A stretch of 64,000 nt of DNA from the NCBI GenBank assembly GCA_038888155.1, contig JAWAJB010000004.1, positions 32,001-96,000 on the forward strand, in the 5' to 3' direction. The position numbers and the translations under genes were made by a program. The notes under the pieces were generated by a model. The model ran no database searches and was not told the DNA's origin. It saw only the letters and a list, made by a program, of their open reading frames with translations. This document shows positions 40,739-50,163 of the stretch, piece after piece. The stretch's first letter is position 1, and each line of letters begins with the position of its first letter. This stretch comes from Desulfurococcaceae archaeon (lineage in GTDB: Archaea; Thermoproteota; Thermoprotei_A; Sulfolobales; Desulfurococcaceae).

Positions 40739-42397
40739 ATGGCTCTATATGGTGTACCTGTATTAATTTTAAAGGAAGGAACAAAGAGAACCATTGGAAG
40801 AGACGCTATAAGATCAAACATTGCTGCAGCTCGAGCGCTTTCAGAAGTTTTAAAAACAAGTTTGGGCCCTCGTGGCTTAGATAAAATGCTCGTCGATAGC
40901 TTCGGAGATGTAACCGTCACAAATGACGGTGCAGCCATAGTAAAGGAAATGGAAGTCCAGCACCCAGCGGCTAAGCTACTTGTCGAGGTTGCTAAGGCCC
41001 AAGACGCTGAAGTTGGAGATGGAACTACTAGTGCAGTAGTTCTTGCAGGAAGTCTGCTCTCAAAAGCCGAAGAGCTGCTTGATCAAGACGTTCACCCTAG
41101 CATTATAATTGATGGATACACTAAGGCCTTAAGGGAGTCAATTAAAATCTTGCATGAAAATGCCCTATCTATTGATATTAAGGATAGAGAAACTCTCAGA
41201 AAAATAGTCAAAACATCTATAGCGAGCAAGTACATTGGCGGGGATGTAATTTCAAATAAGCTTACTGAGATAGCTATAGATGCAGCAATATCCGTGGCGG
41301 ATCCTAAGCCCGACGGCACGCTAGACTTCAAGGTAGATGACGTTAAAATAGAAAAGAAGAAGGGCGGAAACGTTATCGACACTCAGCTAGTGTACGGCAT
41401 TATACTTGACAAAGAAGTCGTTCATCCCGGCATGCCTAGAAGAGTGGAGAAGGCAAAGATAGCGCTCCTAGATGCAGCACTAGAAGTAGAGAAGCCGGAA
41501 ATAACCGCAAAGATCAACATAACGAGTCCAGAGATGATTAAGGCTTTCCTCGACGAGGAGTCTAAGATCTTAAAAGAAATGGTAGACAAATTAGCTGAAG
41601 TTGGAGCCAACGTTGTTGTGTGCCAGAAGGGCATAGATGAAGTTGCTCAGCACTTCTTGGCGAAAAAGGGCATCCTCGCCGTTAGGAGAGTGAAGAGGAG
41701 CGACCTCGAGAAGCTCGAGAGGGCATCAGGGGGAAGAATAGTAAGTAGCATAAAAGACCTTAAGCCAGAAGATCTAGGCTACGCCGAGCTCGTAGAGGAG
41801 AGAAAGATAGGAAACGACAAAATGGTGTTCATTGAGGGTTGCAAGAACCCCAAGGCCGTGACTATATTGGTGCGCGGAGCTAGCGACATGGTACTAGATG
41901 AAATAGAGAGAAGCTTAAAAGACGCACTAAATGTTCTTAGAAACATAATGAAGGAGCCCCGAATTGTAGCTGGAGGCGGCTCCGTGGAGCTAGAGATTGC
42001 AATGAAGCTGAGAGATTTCGCTACCAAGATCGGCGGCAAGGAACAACTGGCTATTGAGGCATTTGCCTCAGCTCTAGAAGAAATACCAATGATTCTCGCA
42101 TCTTCCTGTGGCAAAGACCCGCTTGAGGCCCTAATGGAGCTTAGAAAATACCACGCAGAGGGTAAGCGTACTGCAGGCATAGACGTTATATCCAGCAGCA
42201 TAATTGATAACATCGTGGGCAAGAACATATTAGAGCCCGTACTAGTTAAGGAATCAATGATCAAGACAGCTGCTGAAGCTGCGTTGGCTATATTGAAGAT
42301 AGATGACGTAATAGCAGCAAGCCCAATGAAGAAAGAGGAAAAGGGCAAAGGAGGAGAATTCAAGGGAGAGGAGTCCTTTCCCAAGACAGAATTTTAA
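40739..42397 (+). CDS. Thermosome (group II chaperonin) subunit
   Basis: [30 protein letters not shown]; alpha/beta type not resolved. Confidence 0.97.
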   Translation: MALYGVPVLILKEGTKRTIGRDAIRSNIAAARALSEVLKTSLGPRGLDKMLVDSFGDVTVTNDGAAIVKEMEVQHPAAKLLVEVAKAQDAEVGDGTTSAVVLAGSLLSKAEELLDQDVHPSIIIDGYTKALRESIKILHENALSIDIKDRETLRKIVKTSIASKYIGGDVISNKLTEIAIDAAISVADPKPDGTLDFKVDDVKIEKKKGGNVIDTQLVYGIILDKEVVHPGMPRRVEKAKIALLDAALEVEKPEITAKINITSPEMIKAFLDEESKILKEMVDKLAEVGANVVVCQKGIDEVAQHFLAKKGILAVRRVKRSDLEKLERASGGRIVSSIKDLKPEDLGYAELVEERKIGNDKMVFIEGCKNPKAVTILVRGASDMVLDEIERSLKDALNVLRNIMKEPRIVAGGGSVELEIAMKLRDFATKIGGKEQLAIEAFASALEEIPMILASSCGKDPLEALMELRKYHAEGKRTAGIDVISSSIIDNIVGKNILEPVLVKESMIKTAAEAALAILKIDDVIAASPMKKEEKGKGGEFKGEESFPKTEF

Positions 42398-42499
42398 GTT
42401 ACAAAGGACTTAAACAATAAAAATTTTTAAGTAAATTTATTACTTTTTAATCCCTAAATATCTGTATTATTCTTGTTTTCCGCGAATAGGTGTACAAAC

Positions 42500-42823
42500 T
42501 TGACAGAGGCAACCTTAGATATTTACGCAACCGTTATAGAAAAAAGACTCACTAGGTTCGAGCTAGCCAGAATAATAGGGGCAAGAGCGCTGCAGCTATC
42601 TATGGGGGCCCCTCCGCTTATAGACATCTCTGACATCGAGGTAAAGGATCCTGTCTACATTGCAACACTAGAACTAATAAAAGGATTTCTCCCCATGTCT
42701 ATTTTAAGGCCAAAGAGCAAAGGTGAATACGAGCTTGTGCCAATCAATAAACTCATTGACCCAGAAATTAAGCGATATCTTGAGTCTATTCTCGAAAGCT
42801 GGGATATCAATCGTAGAGTATAG
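42500..42823 (+). CDS. rpo6: RNA polymerase subunit Rpo6 (RpoK)
   Basis: [21 protein letters not shown]; TTG start after AGGTG. Confidence 0.93.
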   Translation: MTEATLDIYATVIEKRLTRFELARIIGARALQLSMGAPPLIDISDIEVKDPVYIATLELIKGFLPMSILRPKSKGEYELVPINKLIDPEIKRYLESILESWDINRRV

Positions 42824-43871
42824 AGAACACGGGAACTTTGTAGATCTCATCTTAGATAAAGCCGTTGACTCTGTACAATTTAAGGAACTGTACAATAAGC
42901 TATTGGATGAATATCACATATTAATGTTTCAACTGAAATCCTACTACCCGATTATAAGGCTAACCAATTATAGGTCGGGCAAGTCGACTCTATATACGTA
43001 CAGATGGGTTTTAACTTCATTGACGATCGTAACAGTGTTTTTAACCGGATTCGCTCTTTCCTCGGGACTCCAGCAGGTACTCAACCTATCTTTCAACATC
43101 AGTGACATTCTAATCAACTCAGCTCTCTACACGACGGTATTCTTAGCGTCGCTCATATCACACGAAATAGGGCATCTAGCCATAAGCAAGAGAACTGGGA
43201 TTAGATCAGAGGGACCCATATTAATCCCGGCGCCTCCGCTCCAACTAGGGTTTATAGGAACGCTGGGAGCTATTATACTAACGAAAACCCCGCCTTGCAC
43301 AAGAAAAGATCTCGCCAAGCTGGGACTGATGGGGCCTCTCCTGGGGTTCACTGTTAGCCTGTTGTTTGGCCTACTGGGAGTTTACTTATCCCCTGTAGTG
43401 CCGCCAAGTGCCGCTGAAAGGCTAGTTGAAGAGGGGGCGCTCTCTCCCCTTCAAGTAGCTAGCTTAAGCTTCTACTTACTAACATTGCTTAAAAACGAGG
43501 GAGTACTCGTTGTTCACCCTGTTCTTTTCTCTTCTTACGTTATACACTTGGTTACGTTTCTAAACCTCTTGCCCATAGGTCAACTGGATGGGGGTCACGT
43601 GGTTAGAAGCGCAGTTGGGCCAAGGCCTTTCAAAACGATTGGTGCAGTTATTCCCATGATTTTGCTGACAGCAGGTGTGGCTCTCACCATTATGGGGCTT
43701 AATGGGATCTACTATATAGGTATAGGGCTAATTACGCTTGTACTTTACTCAATAATGGGTCGAAGGGGGCATCCAGGCGTAGCAAATCAGCTCGACGAAT
43801 CTAAGTGCAATATTTGCATTGTACTCTACTTCGTTTTGCTGATACTAACAGTGCCGATACCCTTTGCTTAG
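42723..43871 (+). CDS. Site-2 protease (M50 family)
   Basis: [26 protein letters not shown]; true start uncertain (overlaps rpo6). Confidence 0.88.
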   Translation: MNTSLCQSINSLTQKLSDILSLFSKAGISIVEYREHGNFVDLILDKAVDSVQFKELYNKLLDEYHILMFQLKSYYPIIRLTNYRSGKSTLYTYRWVLTSLTIVTVFLTGFALSSGLQQVLNLSFNISDILINSALYTTVFLASLISHEIGHLAISKRTGIRSEGPILIPAPPLQLGFIGTLGAIILTKTPPCTRKDLAKLGLMGPLLGFTVSLLFGLLGVYLSPVVPPSAAERLVEEGALSPLQVASLSFYLLTLLKNEGVLVVHPVLFSSYVIHLVTFLNLLPIGQLDGGHVVRSAVGPRPFKTIGAVIPMILLTAGVALTIMGLNGIYYIGIGLITLVLYSIMGRRGHPGVANQLDESKCNICIVLYFVLLILTVPIPFA

Positions 43872-43924
43872 CTTTTTAGCCCAGCGGTGCCAAGATAGAC
43901 CCCAAAAAATCCCAGGGAGCCCGG

Positions 43925-46021
43925 GTGAGGAAAATTCGCGCAGAGCCCTCAAATGCAGATTATTGGGGAAACAGATTGGGGGTAGACAGCGCTAACATAT
44001 GGAGCTTAAAGGGCAGTGTGCTTATTATAGCCGAAAAGCCGAAAGCTGCCAATAAGATATCCGAATCCCTATCATTAAAATACCAAGTCCGTAAATTCTA
44101 CGGGGTACCATACTATGAAATCAAGGCAAATGAATTAACACTAATTGTAGCAAGCGCTGTAGGCCACTTATATGAACTTCGCACTAGGTCGAGAAGCTAT
44201 CCCGTTTTTGATTACGAGTGGGTGCCGGCCTATATTGCAAGTAGAGGAAAAACTTACACGCGTAGGTATCTGCAAGCGCTAAGTTCACTGTTTAAAAAAT
44301 GCTCATACTATGTTAATGCATGCGATTACGATATAGAAGGTAGCGTTATTGGATACCTATTGATAAAGTTCCACGGCAATGAAGAGCGTGCATTTAGGGT
44401 AAAATTCTCTAGCCTCGTAAGCTCTGAGCTAAAAGCTGCCTTCAATAAGCTTTCACCGCTAGATTACAACATGATAGAGGCAGGCTTGTGTAGACACGAG
44501 CTAGATTGGATCTGGGGTATAAACATAAGTAGAGCACTAATGAGTTCGGTGTATAAGGCTTCAAGCAAGAAAATTCCCCTGAGTGCAGGGCGCGTTCAAA
44601 CGCCAACTCTCAAGTACCTCGCCAAGAACGATCTCGAGAGAAAGCTCTTTATACCTCTCCCACAATATACACTATCAGTCACCTTGCAGAAGAACAACAG
44701 ACAATTCACTGCTGAACTGTCGATAAATCCTATTTTAAAGGAAATAGAAGCCAAGAACATAAAAGATCATGTGGAGAAATTCGAGTACCTCGTAGTTGAG
44801 GGCTTTACTCTGAGTAGACAGAGGTATAGGCCTCTGCCTCCTTTCAGCTTAAGCGATCTGCAGGAGGAAGCCTCTAGGGTGTATGGGATTAGCCCGATGA
44901 GAACTCAGAGAATCGCTGAACAGTTGTACTTAGATGCCCTAATAAGCTATCCTAGAACGAATAGCCAGAAACTTCCGCCAACTCTGAACTACAGGGAGAT
45001 CTTAGACAAGTTGGCCAAACAGGGTAAGTACTACTCCTTGGTAAAACAGCTTCTCGTAGAAACTAGAGACTCGCTTAAGCCAATAGAAGGAGAGAGAGAA
45101 GATCCAGCTCACCCAGCTATTTATCCAACTGGTGTTCTTCCTCGCAAACTAACAAGGGAGCAATACGTTATTTATGATTTAATAGTTAGGAGATTTTTGG
45201 CGTCTTTTGCCCAGCCAGCCGTGGTCTTAAATGCAAAAATATCGTTGACAACTCCTGACGCTAAGTACTGGTTTGAGACAACCGGCTTAATGGTTGAATA
45301 TAAAGGCTGGATGGCGTATTATCCATTCCGCTCTCCCTCAACTAGGCCTATACCCGAGGTTGAGAGGGGAGATAGAGTTGAAGTAGTTGAAGTCAACGTT
45401 CGTGAATCGTACACTAAGCCAAAACCTAAGTTGAGGAAAATTGATGTACTGAAATGGATGGAAGGCGTTAACATCGGAACTGAGTCCACGAGGGCCCTTA
45501 TTATCGAGAAACTGTTTGAGCGGGGATACGCGAAAAGCACTAAATCAGGTATAGAGATCACCGAACTTGGAGCTGGTATAGCCGACGTAATAGAGTCGTT
45601 TTTCCCTGATCTTACCAGCGTTGAGCTAACTCGTAAATTCGAGGTTCTAATGGACGAGATAACGAAGGGGATAAGGAAAAGAGAGCAAGTTATAGAGGAG
45701 GCGAAGAGGGTCATTCAAGATCTGCTTGTAAGGTTTAACGACAACATCAACGGCGTTGGGCTACAGCTAGCTAAGAGACTTTCAATGATTGATAATTACG
45801 AAAAGTGCCTTATTTCTGGATGCAGGGGCGATGCCCATAGGAAGGGGCTCTGTGAAGTCCACTATAACGCATACAAAACGCTAATAGAGAAATACAGTGA
45901 GTGGAAAAGCCGAAAACAGGCCTCTTTCAAGGAGTATATACGCGCGATTAACAAATCTAAATCCACTGGAAAGTACATTAAGGACATTATACAGTACTTC
46001 CCGATCGAACCACCGCCTTAG
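43925..46021 (+). CDS. topA: DNA topoisomerase IA (TopA/Topo III)
   Basis: IIAEKPKAA, ACDYDIEG, SAGRVQTP, ISYPRT (catalytic Tyr), AHPAI.PT, IGTESTR, C-terminal Cys/His zinc motif. Confidence 0.95.
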   Translation: MRKIRAEPSNADYWGNRLGVDSANIWSLKGSVLIIAEKPKAANKISESLSLKYQVRKFYGVPYYEIKANELTLIVASAVGHLYELRTRSRSYPVFDYEWVPAYIASRGKTYTRRYLQALSSLFKKCSYYVNACDYDIEGSVIGYLLIKFHGNEERAFRVKFSSLVSSELKAAFNKLSPLDYNMIEAGLCRHELDWIWGINISRALMSSVYKASSKKIPLSAGRVQTPTLKYLAKNDLERKLFIPLPQYTLSVTLQKNNRQFTAELSINPILKEIEAKNIKDHVEKFEYLVVEGFTLSRQRYRPLPPFSLSDLQEEASRVYGISPMRTQRIAEQLYLDALISYPRTNSQKLPPTLNYREILDKLAKQGKYYSLVKQLLVETRDSLKPIEGEREDPAHPAIYPTGVLPRKLTREQYVIYDLIVRRFLASFAQPAVVLNAKISLTTPDAKYWFETTGLMVEYKGWMAYYPFRSPSTRPIPEVERGDRVEVVEVNVRESYTKPKPKLRKIDVLKWMEGVNIGTESTRALIIEKLFERGYAKSTKSGIEITELGAGIADVIESFFPDLTSVELTRKFEVLMDEITKGIRKREQVIEEAKRVIQDLLVRFNDNINGVGLQLAKRLSMIDNYEKCLISGCRGDAHRKGLCEVHYNAYKTLIEKYSEWKSRKQASFKEYIRAINKSKSTGKYIKDIIQYFPIEPPP

Positions 46022-46476
46022 GCACAACTTTCGCCTCTAAGCATTAAAGCCAAGTTGCCAATATATGGGACCTTGAATAAGATACGATCAAAGCTTAAAA
46101 CTTTGCCGACAACGCGGTCATAGGGAATCCCCTTATTATCATCGAAGTACCTGTAGTCAGGAAGAGAGTTATTGTCTCCTTGGGTAACGTAGTAATATTT
46201 TCCGTCAGTTGACAATACTTCAGTAACTCTATGTATAATAAGTGTATTATATTTTGTCCTGTAGACAATGACGTCCCCTTCCCATATATCTTCTGGGGAG
46301 GCCTTGACAATGAAAACTATATCTCCCTCTCGAAGTAATGGGAGCATGCTGTTGCACTTAACTATAGCTATAGGCACTTCTGCGAAAAACAGCCAGAAAG
46401 TGAGAATTAGAGATGTAAATAAAGCCAGCGCTAAAAGCAAAATGGCAAATCTCTTGCCATACATGCCAAAGGACAA
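46018..46476 (-). CDS. Signal peptidase I (archaeal Sec11-type)
   Basis: SM.P....GD, GDVIVY, IIHRV, T.GDNN...D, P.IG. Confidence 0.9.
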   Translation of the reverse strand: MSFGMYGKRFAILLLALALFTSLILTFWLFFAEVPIAIVKCNSMLPLLREGDIVFIVKASPEDIWEGDVIVYRTKYNTLIIHRVTEVLSTDGKYYYVTQGDNNSLPDYRYFDDNKGIPYDRVVGKVLSFDRILFKVPYIGNLALMLRGESCA

Positions 46477-46487
46477 CTTTAGCTACC

Positions 46488-46766
46488 CTACTCCTTGAGG
46501 ATCTCATCTACGTCTAACACTATCTCCTTTGGTGGTCTCTCCTCTTCTTCAGCAAGCCTTCTGCCTCCTTCTATCTCAAGGCCCCCTCCTACCTTTAGCT
46601 TGCTTATGGGCCCCCTCCAGCTATAACCACAACTTAGACACCTCAGCGAGCCCATAACGGTCACAGTTATCCTGCCAGCTTTATCTGGTAGTGGCGAGAC
46701 CATGTTCCAAGTCTTAACGACTTCGACGTTCGTATTTCCGCACTTTGGACACTTCTTAGCATTCAT
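46488..46766 (-). CDS. Cren7-like chromatin protein with zinc-binding Cys pairs
   Basis: CPKCG...VKTW.M.SP......V.V.G...C..CG..WR pattern similar to Cren7 (KVW.L.P..R.GV.IG.F..P..G..FR); acidic tail. Confidence 0.6.
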   Translation of the reverse strand: MNAKKCPKCGNTNVEVVKTWNMVSPLPDKAGRITVTVMGSLRCLSCGYSWRGPISKLKVGGGLEIEGGRRLAEEEERPPKEIVLDVDEILKE

Positions 46767-47077
46767 TGTGGACTCACCAATGCCTCATATACAATGCACA
46801 GTATTAAAGGTAACGGTATTAAAACAAAGATCTTTCCTCTGGAAGAGTGCCTCGTACAGGTTAGGCAAATCAACATTGAGTAGGATAAAACCAAGGAAAT
46901 GGCTGGTATAAGTTTCGAGTCTCCAACCATAGAGTGGATCACGGGTAAAGAGTACAGGATTTCAGTAAAAATAACGAAGAAAAGTGTGCTTTTTATCCTT
47001 GAACTCAACATAATGCTAATCACTAACCACGAAACGTAAGATATCACTATATTAACCATAAATGCGTTACTCCACAA
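46763..47077 (-). CDS. Hypothetical small membrane protein
   Basis: Hydrophobic 104 aa ORF; ATGA overlap with the downstream gene. Confidence 0.5.
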   Translation of the reverse strand: MWSNAFMVNIVISYVSWLVISIMLSSRIKSTLFFVIFTEILYSLPVIHSMVGDSKLIPAISLVLSYSMLICLTCTRHSSRGKIFVLIPLPLILCIVYEALVSPQ

Positions 47078-47103
47078 GGTAATAGCCCCTTTGGGTACAC
47101 AAG

Positions 47104-48420
47104 ATGTCTATGTTTGATTTACTCTGGGAGTCTCTAATAATTAAAGACATTAGGGGAAGAATGGTACTGGATAGCAGGGGCAACCCTACTGTACAGGTCA
47201 GGGTGGTTACAGAGGGGTATGGAGTAGGGATAGCAAATGCACCAAGTGGGGTATCCAGGGGCAAAAACGAGGCCGTTGAGTTAAGGGACGAGGGCAAAGA
47301 GTACCTGGGAAAAGGCGTCGATAAGGCTGTTGAAAACGTAAATAGAGTAATTGCGCCCACGTTAATTGGAATGAATGCGGCCAAACAATACGAAATAGAC
47401 TACAAAATGATAGAACTTGATGGAACTGAGAGTAAAAGTAGGCTCGGCGCTAACGCTATAGTTTCAACAAGCCTTGCCGTGGCAAAAGCAGCTGCTTCAA
47501 CAATTGGCATCCCCCTTTACATGTACCTTGGGGGAAAGTTTGCAGACACGATCCCGGTCCCAATGCTAAACGTAATTAATGGAGGGCTCCACGCAGGAAA
47601 TAAGCTAGACATGCAGGAGTTCATGATAGTGCCAGCTGGCTTTAACAATTACCCTGAAGCCATTAGGGCTGCCGTAGAAGTATACCACATATTGAAGAAT
47701 GTTATCAAAGAGAAATATGGAGCCACTGCCGTAAATGTGGGCGATGAGGGCGGATATGCTCCGCCATTAGAGAAAACTAGGGATGCCCTAGATCTATTGA
47801 TCAACGCAATCAATAAGGCTGGCTACGAGGCGGGCAAGCAAATAGTTATAGCGCTAGATGTGGCAAGCTCGAGGCTCTACAGGGATGATAAGAAAACGTA
47901 TGTTTTACAGGGCGAGGGCAAAGAGCTTACTCGCGAAGAGCTAATTTTATTTTACGAGGAGTTAGTTCGCGACTATCCAATTGTGAGCTTAGAAGATCCG
48001 CTACACGAAGAGGACTTCGAAGGATATTCGTTGCTAACCAAGAATTTAGGCTCTAAGGTCCTAATAGTTGGTGATGATCTCTTCGCAACTAATTACAAGA
48101 GGTTGAGCAGAGGAATAGAGCTCAAGGCAACTAATGCTGTATTAATAAAGGTGAATCAGGCTGGCACTTTAACAGAATCCTGCGAGGTGCTTAAAGTTGC
48201 AAAAGAAAACAACTTACACACTGTAATTAGCCACAGAAGTGGGGAAACAGAGGATAGTGCAATAGTAGATATAGCCGTAGGCTTCTCTGCCAGCTTAATA
48301 AAGGCTGGAGCCCCAGCCCGTAGCGAGAGAACTGCTAAGTACAACAGGCTACTTGAAATAAATGAAGAGCTGGAGAAACCTCGATACCTTGGTTTATCCA
48401 TATTCCCCAAAAAGCTGTAG
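47104..48420 (+). CDS. eno: Enolase
   Basis: LDSRGNPTV, LGANAI, QEFM, GDEGG, GDDL, SHRSGETED, R.AKYN.LL. Confidence 0.97.
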   Translation: MSMFDLLWESLIIKDIRGRMVLDSRGNPTVQVRVVTEGYGVGIANAPSGVSRGKNEAVELRDEGKEYLGKGVDKAVENVNRVIAPTLIGMNAAKQYEIDYKMIELDGTESKSRLGANAIVSTSLAVAKAAASTIGIPLYMYLGGKFADTIPVPMLNVINGGLHAGNKLDMQEFMIVPAGFNNYPEAIRAAVEVYHILKNVIKEKYGATAVNVGDEGGYAPPLEKTRDALDLLINAINKAGYEAGKQIVIALDVASSRLYRDDKKTYVLQGEGKELTREELILFYEELVRDYPIVSLEDPLHEEDFEGYSLLTKNLGSKVLIVGDDLFATNYKRLSRGIELKATNAVLIKVNQAGTLTESCEVLKVAKENNLHTVISHRSGETEDSAIVDIAVGFSASLIKAGAPARSERTAKYNRLLEINEELEKPRYLGLSIFPKKL

Positions 48421-48440
48421 TTTTTTCTTAGATCAAACCC

Positions 48441-48695
48441 CTAAGGCATAAACAGGCCCGATATTATTAAAACCACCGAGAGCACTAAGATCAACTTAAT
48501 GAACTGCCCTATCGTCAAGTTAGGTATGGCTTTTACTAGGCTCAGTATCACTTTTAGGGCAAGTGCTCCAATCAATATCATTAGCAGTACAAAGCCGCCA
48601 ACAAATAGCCAAAATCCTATACCGTTCACCTTGAATAACAGCTCTGAGAAACCGCTGAGAAACTGGGATATCTTGCTAATTGTGTCTTGATTCAT
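48441..48695 (-). CDS. Small membrane protein
   Basis: 84 aa with two hydrophobic helices; GGTGAG RBS upstream. Confidence 0.6.
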   Translation of the reverse strand: MNQDTISKISQFLSGFSELLFKVNGIGFWLFVGGFVLLMILIGALALKVILSLVKAIPNLTIGQFIKLILVLSVVLIISGLFMP

Positions 48696-48821
48696 ACTTG
48701 TCTCACCATAGATTAACTCAAGTTGGTTAGTTTTAAAGCTCTTGGGTCCCCGCTATAATTTGCTAGATTTAAATTTCATAGGCACTCAAGTATATAATTG
48801 GGATTGAAGAGAACCATTAAA

Positions 48822-48890
48822 CGAAAATGATGAAGGTTAAAAGCGCGGAGCCCGCTTCTAGGGCAATGGCTTGTGCCAGGCTTCTGATGC
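48822..48890 (+). ncRNA. Box C/D guide sRNA predicted to target tRNA-Lys(UUU) U34
   Basis: ATGATGA (C, 48827)-AGGTTAAAAGCG-CGGA (D', 48846)-hairpin GCCC/GGGC-degenerate C'-GTGCCAGGCTT-CTGA (D, 48884); TATATAA at 48791. Confidence 0.75.
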
Positions 48891-48988
48891 TTCTATCATC
48901 AAATCCCCACGCATTGGTTAAGTTGGTAGGAGACATTGACCTAGTGTTTTTAAGCGTTTCTGCATGCATTTCACCAACGGTGTGAAAT

Positions 48989-49672
48989 ATGTGTACAACA
49001 ATAGAAAATGTTGTAGAGTGCCTTGGCAAACCTGTAGTAGATCCATATAACAGGAGATTAGGCTACATTACGAGCTTCTTCAGCGACGTTGATGGAAGGG
49101 TTAAATCCCTAGAGGTTAATTTCCACGACGAAGAGTACAAGGAAGTAGCAATAGATAGATTTAAGATCTCTGCAGAGAGTATTGTTCTAATGCCTGAGTA
49201 TGAACACCGCGCCTTAGTTACTGAAAACAGGCTAAAGCTGATTAAGAGCAGGCTCGCCTCTCTTGAGGAGCTATATTCTAGGAAAGAGGTTCCCTCGCAC
49301 GTATACGAGTCTCTTAAGAAGAGACTTGAAGAAGAGCTGGCAAGCGTTAAGGCATCAGCCCGAGAAGTAAAGGACATCCTTAGATCTAAACTACACGAAA
49401 TAGAAGACCAAATTGCCGAGGTAGAGAGAGCTGCCGCGGCATTGAAAACAAGCTACATTGCTGGTGAGATATCAGAGAAACCCTACCTAACAGTAGCTGA
49501 TATGATGAAGAAGAGCCTTGAGACCTTCCAGAAGGAAAAAGACAACATTAAGAAGCACCTCGACAAAATAGAGTCTCTCGAAGCTCTGCCCATAGGTCCG
49601 GCTATAAGTGCACAACAGATAAAGGGGACAGAAGGTCAACAGGAGCCAATGCAAGTAGTCGTTTTGGGTTAA
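48989..49672 (+). CDS. cdvA: Cell division protein CdvA
   Basis: PRC barrel (GKPV.DPY.R..G), coiled coil (R...LEELY...E.P...Y; Y..GEI....Y), C-terminal PMQVVV ESCRT-III-binding-like strand. Confidence 0.85.
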   Translation: MCTTIENVVECLGKPVVDPYNRRLGYITSFFSDVDGRVKSLEVNFHDEEYKEVAIDRFKISAESIVLMPEYEHRALVTENRLKLIKSRLASLEELYSRKEVPSHVYESLKKRLEEELASVKASAREVKDILRSKLHEIEDQIAEVERAAAALKTSYIAGEISEKPYLTVADMMKKSLETFQKEKDNIKKHLDKIESLEALPIGPAISAQQIKGTEGQQEPMQVVVLG

Positions 49673-49792
49673 AGGACGTTTTTAGCCACGCTGATGTTCA
49701 TCAAAAATTAACTTATTGGAAAAAATATGAAAAGTTTGTCTCGATAACATCTAACTACCTCATTCTATATGTTTAATGTATAGGAAACAGGG

Positions 49793-50086
49793 CTAAAACG
49801 ATGTTATTACATATCTTCCATCTTCATTCATATATGCTTCACCTTGATCGATCAACAAATTCAAAGCTTTGCGGATCTTGTCTTCGCTTGCAATTCCTGA
49901 TAGGATCTGGTGGATCTCCTTTAGGTTCATGCATCTATAGCCTAAGAGCTCTCTCACTATTTTAACTAATTCATCGTCGTTCGGAGCGGTCACTAAGAGT
50001 ACGTCGCTATCTTCATGTAGTATTTTGAGCCTTATTCGCCTACTTAATTCCTGTACCTCCTCTACGCTTAGCCCCATGTACTTCAT
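49793..50086 (-). CDS. Small winged-helix (ArsR-like) protein
   Basis: KEIH..LSGIASEDKIR.AL..L...G......DGRY. Confidence 0.7.
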   Translation of the reverse strand: MKYMGLSVEEVQELSRRIRLKILHEDSDVLLVTAPNDDELVKIVRELLGYRCMNLKEIHQILSGIASEDKIRKALNLLIDQGEAYMNEDGRYVITSF

Positions 50087-50163
50087 TAGCTAAAAACACC
50101 TCCAATTGGATAACTACGAATCTATAAGGATAAAGGTCAATTTAAATTTTATGGGTAACGTAA

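Noticed and set aside
41779-42384. Long antisense ORFs (e.g. 41779..42384, 8195..8698, 23825..24388, 8806..9270)
   Set aside because: Shadow frames of well-conserved genes with no protein motifs
42723-42823. ~100-nt overlap between rpo6 and the M50 protease
   Set aside because: A later start (TTG at 42780 or further downstream) shortens or removes it; cannot be resolved from sequence alone
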